From Octopus vulgaris (lineage: Eukaryota): a stretch of DNA of 64,000 nucleotides. This document shows, piece by piece, positions 13,207 to 27,274 of this stretch. Within the stretch, counting starts at the first letter, position 1, and every line of letters begins with the position of its first letter. The position numbers and the translations under genes are program-made. The stretch lies in NCBI GenBank assembly GCA_951406725.2, contig OX597830.1:27218001-27282000 (forward strand). The letters are read 5' to 3'. Below the pieces are notes generated by a model. It made no database searches. It had not been told where the DNA came from and was given only the letters and a program-made list of their open reading frames with translations.

Positions 13207-13248
<42 letters not shown>

Positions 13249-13492
13249 GAGTAGTAGTAGTAGTTGTTATTGATTCTGGTTGCTGTTTATTAAAAACCCC
13301 CGAGTCACTTATGATTTGAGCAGACCTACTATTTGAAGTAATTCCAACTGTGGCCATCCCTTCTAATCCCTTCCGATTTTTCTAACACCATGGTGTCCAA
13401 CACTACATTTTTGGCTGCTACTCCTTACCAGTTGAGTGACTCCTTAGAGGTTTGTCTTTTGGCTCTACTACTACTACTACTACTACTACTAC

Positions 13493-13523
<31 letters not shown>

Positions 13524-14298
13524 TAGTAGCAGTAGAAGTAGTTGCTGCACCACCTGTAGTTGTTTAACCCCACCCAAGGCCAATCCAGATCCAGTGTGCT
13601 TATGATCAAAGACAGTCCAGTCGTAACCATCCCTTCTGATTATTCCGACCAGTTGTATCCAGGACCACATTGTGCAATGCCTTTCCTTTTTGAGGGAGAT
13701 TCGCCTGCTATTTCTACCAGGTCAAGTGACTGTACCAAGGTTGCTTTGTTGGCTCAGTATTAGTTGGTCAACATCCAGACGTTTGACATCTTTCACTTGC
13801 AACAGTTCTTAATCTTACTATAGGTGTTTGTTCCTTCTTAAGCCATGCCTGGCTCATAAGGGCCGGTTTCCAAGTTTCATTAGCGTATAGGTTCCCTACC
13901 TGGATGGGATGCCAGTCTGTCACAGGTGAGCTGCTAGATGCAGGAGGAAAGAGTGAGAGAAAGTTGTAGCCAAAGAATCAGCAGAAGTTCGCCATTAGCG
14001 TGGAGCTTAGGTGTTTCGTTCATAAACACACACATCACCTGGTCTGAGATTTGAACCCACGATCCCTTGATCGCGAGTCCGCTGCTCTAACCACTAGGCC
14101 ATGTGCTTCCACTACTATGGATGTAGGGATTGTTTTTCTCTATTTTCTATTCTAGGTTTTTCTTGTTTTTTTTTTGTGTTTTGTTTTACAAAACTTAAAA
14201 ATACAGTTAGATAAGATTATTCAACTGATATTCCTGTCAGGAAATCAAGCATGTCTGCTACCCAAAGACATGATCTTATTTTAGTAGTAATAGTCTCT

Positions 14299-14355
<57 letters not shown>

Positions 14356-15790
14356 CAGTAGTAGTGGTAGTGGTAGTAGAAGTAGTAGTAGTTTGTGGTT
14401 GGTGTTTGTTTAATCCTGGGTCATTTCAAATTTCACAGTCATATGATCTGAAGTTATTCCAATTGTGACCATCTCTTATGATCACTTCTAATCATTCAGG
14501 CACAGTAGTATCCAACACTAAATTTCCCAGTGTCTTCTAAAAATTTTTTTTCCGTTTTTTTTTTGTTCTTTCTTTCAAGATTTGAAGTTGATTTTGCTGC
14601 TATTTCTTGCCGGTCAAGTGACTGCATAATAAAGGTTCCCTTGTTGGCTCAAGCCATAGTAGTATTATTAGTAGTAGTAGTAGTTGTAGTAATCATAGTA
14701 GTAATAGTTGTGGTGATGGTGGTGGTGATAGTAGTAGTAGTAGTAGTGGCATCAGCAGCAGTAGCAGCTACAAAGCCTGTGAAAAATCTATCTGTATTTC
14801 AGGCTGCATCTCAGATTCTGACTTGCATGGAAACCTGTTTTTCTTTTTTCTTTTTTTTTTTTATCTGGGTGACTACGGAGGCCCTGTAGTTTGGGAGGAA
14901 TTTTGAAAACTTGAAATCGAAAAGGTGTTGTGTGGGGTTGTTTGTTGAAAGGTATAAACGCATGGCCGACTGAACGTACTTGCAATTATGAATTTTGTTC
15001 TTTTTGTTTGTTTTTTTTACATTGCTAGTTCTTTCCACGTTCAAAGTTTGTGTAACTATGTAACTATTGTTTTCAATATTGTTGTTGTTGTTGTTGTTTC
15101 TGATTTCGGTACAAGGCCAGTTGTTTTTCTTGGAGGAGGAAATTGATACCTTTGATTAATCGATCCCTTCTCCTGTAATTACTACTACTACTTTATTTTA
15201 TTAACCGCTGAGGGATGGAAGACAAAGTTAATCCTCATGGGATTGAGTTAGCCCTTCATCACCCCCAGGGCTGACAAAATGAAATATCATTTTTGTATTG
15301 AAGTCAATGGTATTAACTAACCCTGCCTCCCTCAAATTGCTGGCTTTGTGCCTAAATCATCATCATTATCATGATCATCATTATTATTATCATCATCATT
15401 ATTGTTATTATTATTAAGAAGGCGGTGAGCTGGCAGAATTGTTAGTGCACCAAACGAAATGCTTAGCAGTATTTTGCCTGTTGGTATGTTCTGAGTTCAA
15501 ATTCTGCCGAGGTCAACTTTGCCTTTTGCCCTTTTATTGTTGATGAATTAAGTACCAGTGAAACACTTGAGTTGATGTAATTGACTAGTCCTCTCACCCA
15601 GAATTTCAGGCCTTGTGCCATAGTAGTAAGGATTATTATTAAGGTGGTGAGCTAGCATAACAGTTAGTATACTGGCATGACAGTTAGTACACCGGACAGA
15701 ATGGTAGTAGCCACAAGGGCTGAACACAAAACAAAAAAGGGACAATACAACACAGAGAACAAGTGGAGCTAAGTACAAAAATTTGTATAT

Positions 15791-15941
15791 TGGCTGTGCG
15801 GTAAGAAGCTTGCTTCCCAACCACATGGTTCCGGATTCAGTCCCACTGTGTGGCACCATGGGCAAGTGCCTTCTACTATAGCCTCAAGCTGACGAAAGCC
15901 TTGTGAGTGGGTTTGGTAGACAGAAACTGAAAGAAACCCAT

Positions 15942-16018
<77 letters not shown>

Positions 16019-16220
16019 ACGCGTGTGTGTGTGTCTTTGTTTGTTCCCCCATCATTGTTTGACAATTAATATTGGTGTGTTTATGTCCCTGTGCCTTAGC
16101 AGTTCAGCAAAAGAGAACAATAAGTACTAGGCTTACAAAGAAAAAGTCCTGGGGTAGATTTGTTCAACGAAAGGCGGAGCTCCAATATGGTTGCAATCAA
16201 ATAACTGAAACAAGTAAAGG
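15791..16220 (+). mobile_element. SINE family A
   Basis: Head, (TA)n(TG)n and body match the family. Confidence 0.85.
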
Positions 16221-16676
16221 AATAACAGAAAGTATTAATAAAAATTCAATAATAATGATAATCATTTCACAAGGCCTGAAATTTGGGGAAGGGGACTAAT
16301 CAATTACATTGACCTCAGTATGTAACTGGTACCTATTTTATTGACCCCTGAAAGGATGAAAGACAAAGTCAACCTTGGCAGCATTTGAACTCGGAACATA
16401 AAGTGGGATGAAATGATGCTAAGCATTTTGTCTGGTGTGCTAACGATTCTGCCTTAATAATATTAATAATCATAATAATAATTCTTTCTACTAAAGGCAC
16501 AAGGCCTGATATTTTGAGGGGAGGGGATTAGTCAATTTCATCAACACCATTATTTCACTGGTACTTAATTCATTGACCCCACAAAGATGAAAGGCAAAGT
16601 TGACCTTGGTGGAATGTGAACTCAAAACATAGTAACGGGCGAAATACTGCTAAGCATTTCTCCTAGCTCGTTGTCC

Positions 16677-16745
<69 letters not shown>

Positions 16746-17235
16746 TAATAATAATAATAATGATAATAATAATTGTTGTTTCAAATTTTGTCACATGACC
16801 AACAATTTTGAGGGGAAGGGAAAGTCAATTACATTGACCATAGTACTCAGCTTGTTCTTATTTTATTGACCCCGAAAAGATGAAAAGCAAAGCTAAATTT
16901 GAACCCTAGAACACAAAGATGGATGAGAGGCTGCTAAGAATTTTTTGTCGGGCATGTTACTGTATATGCCACCTCACTGCTTTAATAATGATAATAATAA
17001 TAATAATAATAATAGTATTGATTATAATGTAAAGCATGTCTGTTTGACCACCATACTCTTGCTCTGCATAAAATTTTTGTCCAAAGCATGGCATTTTTTG
17101 ATATTGACAAGCATACAGCATTTGCACTTTCTCTCAGCACGCTGTTTATTTTGAAACATGGCATTATTGTATAAAAGCATTGTTAATTTTTTTTTTTTCT
17201 TTTTGCAATAAGTGAATATTTCTTGTATATTTTCT

Positions 17236-17842
<607 letters not shown>

Positions 17843-18425
17843 TAAATTTTTTCTGATTAATATTTTCTTGTGAAATTATTATTTTTTCTGATTAATATTT
17901 TCTTGTGAAATTATTATTTTTTTTTGTGTGCATTTTTGTTTTGTTTCATTTATTTGTTATTTGTTATTTTTATATTTTGGTGAGGCTATTCGTGAAAATA
18001 CATACTTCTGATTGTAATTTTATACTATTCTATAGATTTTGCCTTTTCTGTCTCTTACGTTCACCATTTACATACACACAATCTCTTTCCCTTTAACATA
18101 CAAACAGACATTCTCTTGTTGTGTATGTATGTGTATATATATATATATATATAAATATATATGTATATAAGTATATATAAGTATGTGTATATATAGAGAG
18201 GAAATTAAGATGTACATCATTATAAATATTTAGTTCCTTTGTACATTTTACCATTGCAGTTTTTCGGAACTCAATACTGGATGTTTCAAGTACATTTGGA
18301 TGCTTAACTGGAATGGCACATCCGGGGAACACTTTTTTGGCATTCTGTTACAGAGATCAAATAAGTATACAAGGGTCAAGTAGCCACTTATACTGGAAGC
18401 TGAGTAGATAATGGTAATCTATATC

Positions 18426-18709
18426 AATAGTTCTCAACCAGGATCCATATGACCCCTGAGGGCCCATATAAGATTTTTGGGGGTCCACACAGCAAAATAG
18501 TAAATTATGGATCCACAATAGAATTTCACTTTAGATGTATGTATTGGTATGTATTACAAGAAACATTTTACATAGGTCAACCTACACAAATTAATGTGTA
18601 GAAAACAAAATAGGAATTTTGAAAGATGTTTCTATAAAACTAGTTTTTAAACATTTAATGGCTATGGGGGTCCACCAGAATAAAATAGTAATCAAAGGGG
18701 TTCCATATG
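18426..18709 (+). mobile_element. hAT (Charlie-like) MITE fragment
   Basis: Begins CAATAGTTCTCAACC with GGGGTCCA subterminal repeats; related inverted end at ~45950-45993. Confidence 0.6.
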
Positions 18710-19182
18710 TGATGTAATGGCATTGCGCAATTTGACTTTGTAACAGAATGGATTCTCTCATATCTGCTTAATATAAATGGTTGTAGTTGAAATGTCTTAT
18801 TGTTTTCTCAAAATGTCTTATTTTCCCTTCTATCACCATAAATTGTTACAGTTTGCCATGCCTGCTTGATATTACTCCACCAAACAACAGCACAGTTTAT
18901 AATAGCATTGCTTAGGTGATATCTGTTTCATATCATCACAGCCCTTCACAGTTTGTGTAGTTAAAGCTTGTATGGTATCTGCTTGATATCATCACAGTCA
19001 CTTACAGTTTGCTTCTTTCTATGGGCCTTTAGCTCCTAAGGGAGTCGTTCGGGTAGTCTTGTGACTGACATATGGCATGTGTTGGGCATTTAAACCTGGC
19101 AGAGCCCATCTCTTTCCGAGTCTGAGGTTAGTGTGTTTCTTTGAGAGAGAGAGAGGAGAAATGAGAGAAGCAAAGAGACAGA

Positions 19183-19234
<52 letters not shown>

Positions 19235-20667
19235 GAGAGAGAGAGAGAGAGAGAGGGAAAGAAAATGAGAGAGAGAAACAAGAATTGATGCCATTACTGT
19301 ACTGATACTTTTTCTATCAACTCCTGATGAGATTCAAACAGTGTTGACCTTGGCAGGATTTGAACCCAAAACCAAGAAATGTGGACCAAATATTGCCAAG
19401 CAATCTACCCTCTATTCTAACAACTTTGCCAGTTCATTGCCTGTAACTGTTTTTAACTCTACATAACTCTTGTCACACACGACTGACATGACCTCAGTCA
19501 CTCACAGTTTGTAACTTCAGTTAGATTTACATTTCTCACCCTGTGTCACAGTTTCTCGTACCTGTTTGATATCTCCTCACCTCAACCCACCATAGTTTGC
19601 CATAGAACTGCTTCTGTTAAACCATCACAGTTTGCATTGATATAGTTTATGCATTATCTGTTTTGTTGGTCGTTTCAGACAACTGACGCCTTTCACTTGC
19701 AACATCTTCATATTGTGGCATGTATCAGAAAAATATGTTATATTTTCGTATTATGGGTATGGGGCTTGTTGCAGTTAAAAGAGGGTACAGTTGGCAATTA
19801 ACTAACATTATTGCCAGAAATCTGGCACAAAATAAATTGAAGGATGTAATCTTTTATGATGTGATTTTGTTAATATTTCTTTCTAATTTTGGCACAAGAT
19901 AAGCAATTTTCAGGGAAGGTGAAGTAGATTACATCTACTCCAGTGCTTAAGTGGTTCTTATCTTATTAACCCCAAAAGAACAAAGCTGACCCAAAGGGGT
20001 TCAAATGCCACAGAGGTTGACTCAGAGTTGGCCTCTGTTGCATTTGAATTCAGAATGTATAGAGTTCGAGGAAATGCCTGCTAAATATTTTGTTCAACTC
20101 ACCGATTATTCTGCCAACTTGTGGACAGTGTTAATAATGGTTCTGTAACACATGCAGAAGACCTCAGATTTTGTTATGGGATGGTAAAGTTTTGTGAATC
20201 ACACCAACATCAGTACTTGCCTAGTTTCTGTGTCACCAACACTGGACATAAGGCCAAAGAAGAAGAAAACTCTGGTTTTCTAAGCAAAGCTCATATGTGT
20301 TCTCAGGGTCTTTAATTTCGTTCTTATCAAGAAAACCAGCATGTTTTATGATGTGTCTGTGACATACTGGTTTGTCGTATTCAAGGGTATCCAATGTTGA
20401 ATGGTTACCAAAACACTTGAGAATGATGGTGTGGGGCATAGCCTTGGAACTACCTCTTCTTTACTCAGACATGAAGACTCCTTGGAATCAGTTTGTTTTT
20501 ATGACAGCATGCCTCTAAAATACAGTCAGGATGGTCTATGGCTGAATGCACTGACTAGGCCCATCAGTTGATTTACTGATAATCTGCTTTAGTTTTATTC
20601 AAGCTGAGCTGGCCACCTCTATCAAATAATAAAATATATATATTGTTATTTGATAGATGTGGTCTAT

Positions 20668-20712
<45 letters not shown>

Positions 20713-20715
<3 letters not shown>

Positions 20716-20946
20716 ATATAAATTAAAGAAGAACCACCATGTAGCAATTCAACAATGATATAATTAAATCATACCATATAGAAAATAATTAAATATACGA
20801 TAAAACATTTACCTAGAACCAAATAAAGTACTTTATTTGGTTCTAGGTAAATGTTTTGTTGTATATTTAATTTTTTTCTATATGGTATGATTTAATTATA
20901 TCATTGTTGAATTGCTACATGGTGGTTCTTCTCTAATTTATATACA
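20713..20946. repeat. Loop-less ~234-bp palindrome
   Basis: Centred on AAATAAAGT|ACTTTATTT (20829/20830); 117-bp arms with few mismatches; flanked by (TA)n. Confidence 0.95.
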
Positions 20947-21036
20947 TATATTATATATTGTGAAATTTGATTTAGTATTACTAAGTTGAATTTTTCCCTG
21001 TAAGTTTGGAATCATATTCCCTAATATTATTATCAT

Positions 21037-21073
<37 letters not shown>

Positions 21074-21082
21074 TCTTTCTAG

Positions 21083-21388
21083 CACTCCATTGGTTACGAT
21101 GACGAAGGTTCCAGTTGATCCAGTCAATGGAACAGCCTGCTCATGAAATTAAGTGGCTGAGCACTCCACAAACACATGTACCCTTAACATTAGTTCTCAG
21201 GGAGATTCAACGTGACACAGAATGTGACATGGCTGGCCCTTTGAAATACAGCTACTAATAATTTCTGCCAGCTGAATGGACTGGAGCAACATGAAATAAA
21301 GTGTCTTGCTCAAGGACACAAGTGTCACCTGGAATTGGACTCATGCCCTTACAGTCATGAGCTGAATACCCTAACCACTGCCATGTGT
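21083..21388 (-). mobile_element. tRNA-derived SINE family D
   Basis: GCACTCC..GACGAAGGTTCCAGTTGATCC...GTGTCTTGCTCAAGGACAC...CTAACCACTG. Related copies at 54553, 57590, 62757 (-) and 9121, 35195 (+). Confidence 0.75.
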
Positions 21389-21619
21389 TTTCACACACAC
21401 ACACACGATAAAATAATAGTAATGATAATAATAATAATTCTTTAAATTTTGACTCAAGACATGCAATTTTAAGGGAAGGGGTAAATGTATTGATCCCAGT
21501 TCCTGACTTGTACTTATCTTATTGACCCCGCAAGGATGAAAGGCAAAGTCGATCTTGGCTGGATTTGAATTCAGAACATGAAGTGCTAGAAGAAAAGCCT
21601 CTGTATGGACTGTATATAC

Positions 21620-22510
21620 TTCGAAGCCGAAATGCTTATGTAGACCAAGCAACAACCCATAAATGGCTGAGAAGCTCATGACTGAAAGCAGGGACTGAAA
21701 GTTTCATATTAGTGACACAAAATCAAGAGCTTGCTTACCAAAAACTACCAGGCTAACGTTCTTCAAAATGGTTCCGACTCTAAATGCAGATTCAGCGATA
21801 AATTTGATGAAACAATAGACCATATCATCTCGGGATGCCCTGTACTGACACCAAATGAATACAAAAATCACCATGATAGGGTAGGACAGTAGTTACATTG
21901 GGAAATATGTAAACCCTATGAAACCAATACTCCTGCTTACTTGTATGAATATCATCCTGAGCCAGTTGTTGAAGGTAAAAACGTCACTATCCTCTGGGAT
22001 TTTCCAATCGACATCAAGGCTAATTGACCAGATAGTCATTAAAGACAGAGAAGAAAATACTTGTAGACTAATAGACTTGTTTTCACTGATAAAAATATAT
22101 CTGTAAAGGAATTTGACAAATTAAGTAAATATAAGGACCTGGAAATTGAAATACAAAAGATGTGGCATCTTAAAGCTAGAACTGTTCCTATTATTGTGGA
22201 TGCCCTAGCTATGATTAGAAAAGGATGTCAGAAACATCTAGATAGTATCACAGGAGAACCATGTCTCAGAGAAATTCAAAAGATTGTGCTGACAAGTACT
22301 GCCCACATCCTTAGAAAAACTCTATCAATTTAAATGCCTGTGTTGTATTACATGAAGATATTTTGCTACTGCCCCTACCACTTCCCTCCCCAAGCTTTTA
22401 GTCATACTGTAACATCTCTTATCCTTCACTTGCCCTAGGATGCTGGGTGTATCTCAGTAAGTGGTTTAACAAACATGCAGATTAAAAGTAAATAATAATA
22501 ATAATAATAA
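21620..22510 (+). mobile_element. 5'-truncated R4/Dong-clade non-LTR retrotransposon 3' end (restriction-like endonuclease), pseudogenised
   Basis: CRF..ETIDHIISGC (CCHC knuckle), HDRV, ILWDFPI, PDIVIKD..C.LID, KLSKYKDL, ...HILRKTLSI* (TAA 22331-22333). 3' UTR ends in (TAA)n, the known Dong target. Confidence 0.85.
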
Positions 22511-23543
22511 TCCTTTCAACTATAGGCACAAAACCTAAAAATATTGCAGGAGGGGACTAGTTGATTACATCGACCCTGGTGTTTCACTGGTACTTAATCT
22601 ATTGACACCAAAAGGATGAAAGGCAAAGTCAAACCTTGCAGAACATGAAGAAGGATGAAATGCCTCTAAGCATTTAGCTTGGCATAGAAACAATTCTGCT
22701 AATTCACTGCCTTACTAATGAAAATTGTTTCTACTAAAGGCTCAAGGCCTGAAATTTGTCAGGGAGGTGAGTAGTCAATTACATCAACCCCAATGTGGTA
22801 TTTATTGATCCGGAAAGGAGAAAAGCAAAGTCGACCTTGGTGGAATTTGAACTCAGAACATAAGGTTGTATGAAATGCCGCTAAGCATTTTACCTGGTGT
22901 GCTAATGATTTCGCTAGCTCACTGCCTTATTAATAATAATAATAAAAATTGTTTCTACTAAAGCCACAAAGCCAGAAATATTGGGGAAGCAGGTAAGTCA
23001 GTCATATTGACACCCAGTCCTTGACTGGTATGTATTTTATCAACCCTGGAAGGATGAAAAGCAAAGTCGACTTTGGCGGAATTTGAACTCGGAACATAAA
23101 GATGAACGAAATGCCACTAAGCATTTTGCCTGATGTGCTAACAATTCTGCCAGCTTGCTGCCTTAATAATAATAATAGTAATATTAGGGATTTCTTAAAT
23201 AGGCACAAGACTTGAAATTTGGTTTGAGGGTAGAGAACAGTTGATTATCTTAATTCGGGTACTTGACTGGTTGTTATTTCATTGACTCTAAAGAGAATGT
23301 AAAGTTGACTTCAAGATTTAAATGTAAAGGGTTGAACTAAACAACACTAGGTATTTTGTCTAATGCTGTAACGATTGTACCAACCTATCATTATCGTCAT
23401 TATCATCATCATAATCATCCTCATCATCATTACCATGCTCATCATCTTTAGCTTTGTTGTTATCATCGTTACCATCATAGCTTATATTCTAAATTTGAAA
23501 TTTTTTTTTCCTGGATTTAAATATTTTCTTAACGACTTCCCAG

Positions 23544-23549
23544 GCTCAG
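23544..23549 (+). CDS. CIBAR1: FAM92/CIBAR 6-nt microexon (Ala-Gln)
   Basis: ttcttaacgacttcccag|GCTCAG|gtaata. Supplies exactly the two residues (SQ in human FAM92A) missing between ...HQI and AKSD...; keeps frame. Confidence 0.8.
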
Positions 23550-23866
23550 GTAATAATTTTTGTTTTTGTTTTAGTTGAATCAGTAAACTCTTGGATCACT
23601 GTACGTAATCTATTTTTTGTTGTTGTTGTTATTGTTGATGATATTTTGGTTTCTTTTTCCTTTGGTGCGTTTGATGTAGCTCTAAATTGTCTGAAGTGCG
23701 TTACTAATGTATAATATATTCCACGCTAGTCCTTAGAAGAGGAATTGCTTTATGGTTTTCTTCTGTTTTCTGCCAAAACTTTGTGCTTCAAATATTTTTT
23801 ACTTCACCCTTGCGATAACTTACTATATCATGCTATACTAATACTGCAACTATTAGCATCATATTA

Positions 23867-24407
23867 CAGGGTGACCCCCCCCCACCCCAAAAAAAAACAG
23901 AACCCACAAATCTTTGAATAAACAATGCATAGGGATAGATTGAGATGCACAGTGGTTCCAGCAAGACGGGGCCACCCAACATGCATCATATGACTCCCAA
24001 GCGTGGCTGAGAGAGCAATTTCAGGAGAGACTGATCGGCAGGAAGTGTGACATTGAGCAGGCACTGCATTCATTGGACTTGAACCCCACCACCAAATTTT
24101 TATCTGTTGGGGTATCTCAAGGATAATGTTTACCAGAACAACCCTCAAATGATTGGTGAACTGAAGGCAGCGATCACGGCAAAAATCAGGGAAATCTCCA
24201 AAGAGGAAGGTGTTTGAGTAATTGACAATTTTGCGCGACGTATACCATTTGGAGTATATTTTGAAAAGAACATGACTTTTCTGCAAAGGGAATGATGATA
24301 CACAGACCAAAGTTTAAGTCCAGCAAATTTCCTGAAATTTGCTGGACCTTTGTAGGATTCAATAAAATTCTTATGGATTCTGTTTTTTTTTTGTAGGGGT
24401 CACCCTG
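23867..24407 (+). mobile_element. Internally deleted Tc1/mariner-superfamily element
   Basis: TA|CAGGGTGACCCC...GGGGTCACCCTG|TA; remnants WFQQDGA and WGYLKDNVY..NPQ..ELKAAI. Confidence 0.85.
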
Positions 24408-24964
24408 TATATTGTTATAACTCATACTATCTCATTACGGATGTGTCATTCATTCTGTCTCACTACAATAGTGTCACTTGTATTAATTCACTACACTCAT
24501 ACAATTTATGTTTCTCATCTTACCCTGACATATGCTCTCATACTACTCTAACTAATAAGGCTTATGTCATCTCATTACATTGATTAATGTTATGACTATT
24601 TCGGAGATGTAATTTTTTGCAGTAGCATAGCCAGGTTCTATAGTTAGGGGGACTGAGCATATAAAAAAAAAGGTGCCATGATCCATACCAAACAATTTTT
24701 AAGTGATTTCTCTTACAGTATACCTAATATTTCATTAACTATGATATACATAATTGTATTCTACATGCATTAATTCCATGTTTTAGTGACATGCCATTAT
24801 GTATGAAACTTAGAAATTCTGACATAAAAAAGCTGAAACTTCATGGGATCATCCAATGTTGAGAGCTTATGATGTCAGGATTTCTTCAGATGTTGATTAA
24901 AAGTGTGAGAATTTTAAGTGCAAGTCTGTCAACACAATGCAATACAGACTCCAAAAGAAGGCTA

Positions 24965-25010
<46 letters not shown>

Positions 25011-25012
<2 letters not shown>

Positions 25013-25833
25013 GGCTGTGGTGAATAAACTGTTGTCTAAGTTATGCAAAAATGAAACTAACACTGACATCTCATTTTAACAGACATATTTACCAAAATTG
25101 CATAAACAATATCTTGAAATACTAAAGAGTAAATTTATTGATTAAAATCACCATTGGCTTCAACCACGACCGCCAGACAACTTCAGAATCTCCTGCAACT
25201 CTTCTGAATGGTCTCCTAGTTTAAGTTGGCGAATGCTGCCATAATCCTTGCCTTCAGTTCATCTTTGATGTTACAAGGAGTTTTGTTGGTCTCTCACTCA
25301 ACTGTGCCCTACACATATTAATCAAGGGGGTTGCAGTCTGGGGAATTAGGTGGCCAGTTGTTAGGGCTGTTGTGGTCACAGAAATTGTCTGACAGCCATG
25401 ACTGGACTCTCCTGCTTGTGTGGCCTGGTGCAGAGTACTGGTGCCAGACATAGATTCTTCCAGCAACTGCAGTTTTGACCCAGGGCAGCACTACATCCTC
25501 CAGGCACATGATGTATGCCACCATGTTGAGATGAATGGAGGCATAACGTTGCCATCACTAGTGTTGACTGGATGTTTGATTATTATCACTCTTGCTACAT
25601 GTCCTCAGATTGACACTCAAACACTCTGAAATGCTTCTGGCACGAATGCCGAACAGTACAGCATGTCGATTCCAAATTTCTGGCAGAGTGAATTGCATCA
25701 TGGTACTGTTTTTGTCACAGACGGTGCCCAACTGACCCTGCTATACTGTGTAGTTGACAAAATCAAAAACAAACACTGCGCATTGCACAAAATTAAAAAT
25801 ATAAAACGGCAACAACTTACCCATCGCACCCTG
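25011..25833 (-). mobile_element. maT-like (DD37D) transposon remnant
   Basis: TIR CAGGGTGCGATGGGTAAGTTGTTGCC; minus-strand YVWHQYSAPGHTS..WLSDNF..WPPNSPDCNPLD. Confidence 0.85.
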
Positions 25834-27046
25834 TATAAATATGTAGTTGTTGTTTTGGTTGTTTGGGGGTTGTGTGTTTCTGTGTCTTTCAACATATAGA
25901 CAACACAACACAGACTTTAAAAAGAAGACCTTCACTTTGAAGCATGTGCATGATTAACAAATATTTTTACCAGCAGCATAGTAATGGGTAATGACTTAGT
26001 AGTTGTTTATTTACTAATCCTTTACTAAATAAAAAAAATATTAACTGTTGATAATAGGAAAGTACCCATTTTCTTACTACATTCAATTTGGTTACCCAGT
26101 AATTGCTTTTGACCCTGGCTCCAACATTATAGTCCTGATATAGTGACTCATTTCATTACTCTCATATATCACCTACTAGTTTAACTTACTAGTATAACTT
26201 ATGTAATTTTACAACTTCAGTATAACCACAGTATTTCCTTTGCCTCTGGTCCACCATTTAACTACACAGTTATTAATTTATTTTAGCCTGTTATTCTGTT
26301 TAATATAATTCCTGTTACATCACTACTTTGATGTGACTCATGCTATCTCAATTTACTAGCACAGCTCTTATTATCTTATTTGTCTGGATCATAACTCACG
26401 TTTTGTCACTACCTTTATATAACTCATCTTATATAAACATAATTACCTTATGCTACCTTACTATGCTGGCTGATATAATAACTATCCCAAAGTTGCATTT
26501 TCCTAGCAAGTGACTTGATTGGGATTAATATAGTAATATAAAACAGTGATAATATATCACTTAGTATTTCACTTCTCTGGTAACATATCTGTCTAAACAT
26601 TGTATCACTATAGTAATAGCATTTCTAATATACTTCATTACATTTTCAGAATATTCTCATAGTATATCTCACTACACCGTTATATTCTATTACTAGCCAA
26701 CCCCTTGCACTGATATCATAGCCTGTGTTATCTCAGGTCCCTGATAATATCATAAGGTCTAATGTTTTATTGTTCTCGTAATATCTCATTTCTCTTGTAT
26801 CTCTGGTTATCCATGTGATAGGATATTACATGGATGTATTAATATAACATTGATATAATTTTCCTTGTTTCCTTATGCTTGTATCACAGTTTGTCTTCCG
26901 ACAGGGACATCATAACACATTATTTTCCTACATTAGTGGTTCTCAAGCAGAACATCACAGTATATATATATATATATATATATATAGGTATCTGGCAAAT
27001 TATTTAAAATGTGATTTAAGATTTTTTAAAAATCTGTGCTCTTGAC

Positions 27047-27274
27047 TTAACCCTTTCGTTTCTGTATTTATTTTGAGATGTTCTGTGTTTCTTTCAATTA
27101 TTTTAAATATAACAAAGAATTTAGTAAAATAACTTAGTTATCATTAAGCTAGTGTTAGGAATGTAAATTGTGACTAAGGCTTGGTGAGATATTTTAATTC
27201 AAAACTTAGGAAAACAAGACATTTTACTACAGAGCCAGAGACAGTTTTGGCTGGGTTAGTAACAAAAGGGCTAA
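27047..27274. mobile_element. piggyBac-type MITE (second family)
   Basis: TTAA-CCCTTTCG...CAAAAGGG-CTAA; related fragment at 33495-33590. Confidence 0.6.

Noticed and set aside
23575-23600. Possible 26-nt exon (ttttag|TTGAATC...CACT|gtacgt) just after the microexon
   Set aside because: Would need a 25-nt intron, shifts the frame, and has no FAM92 homology.
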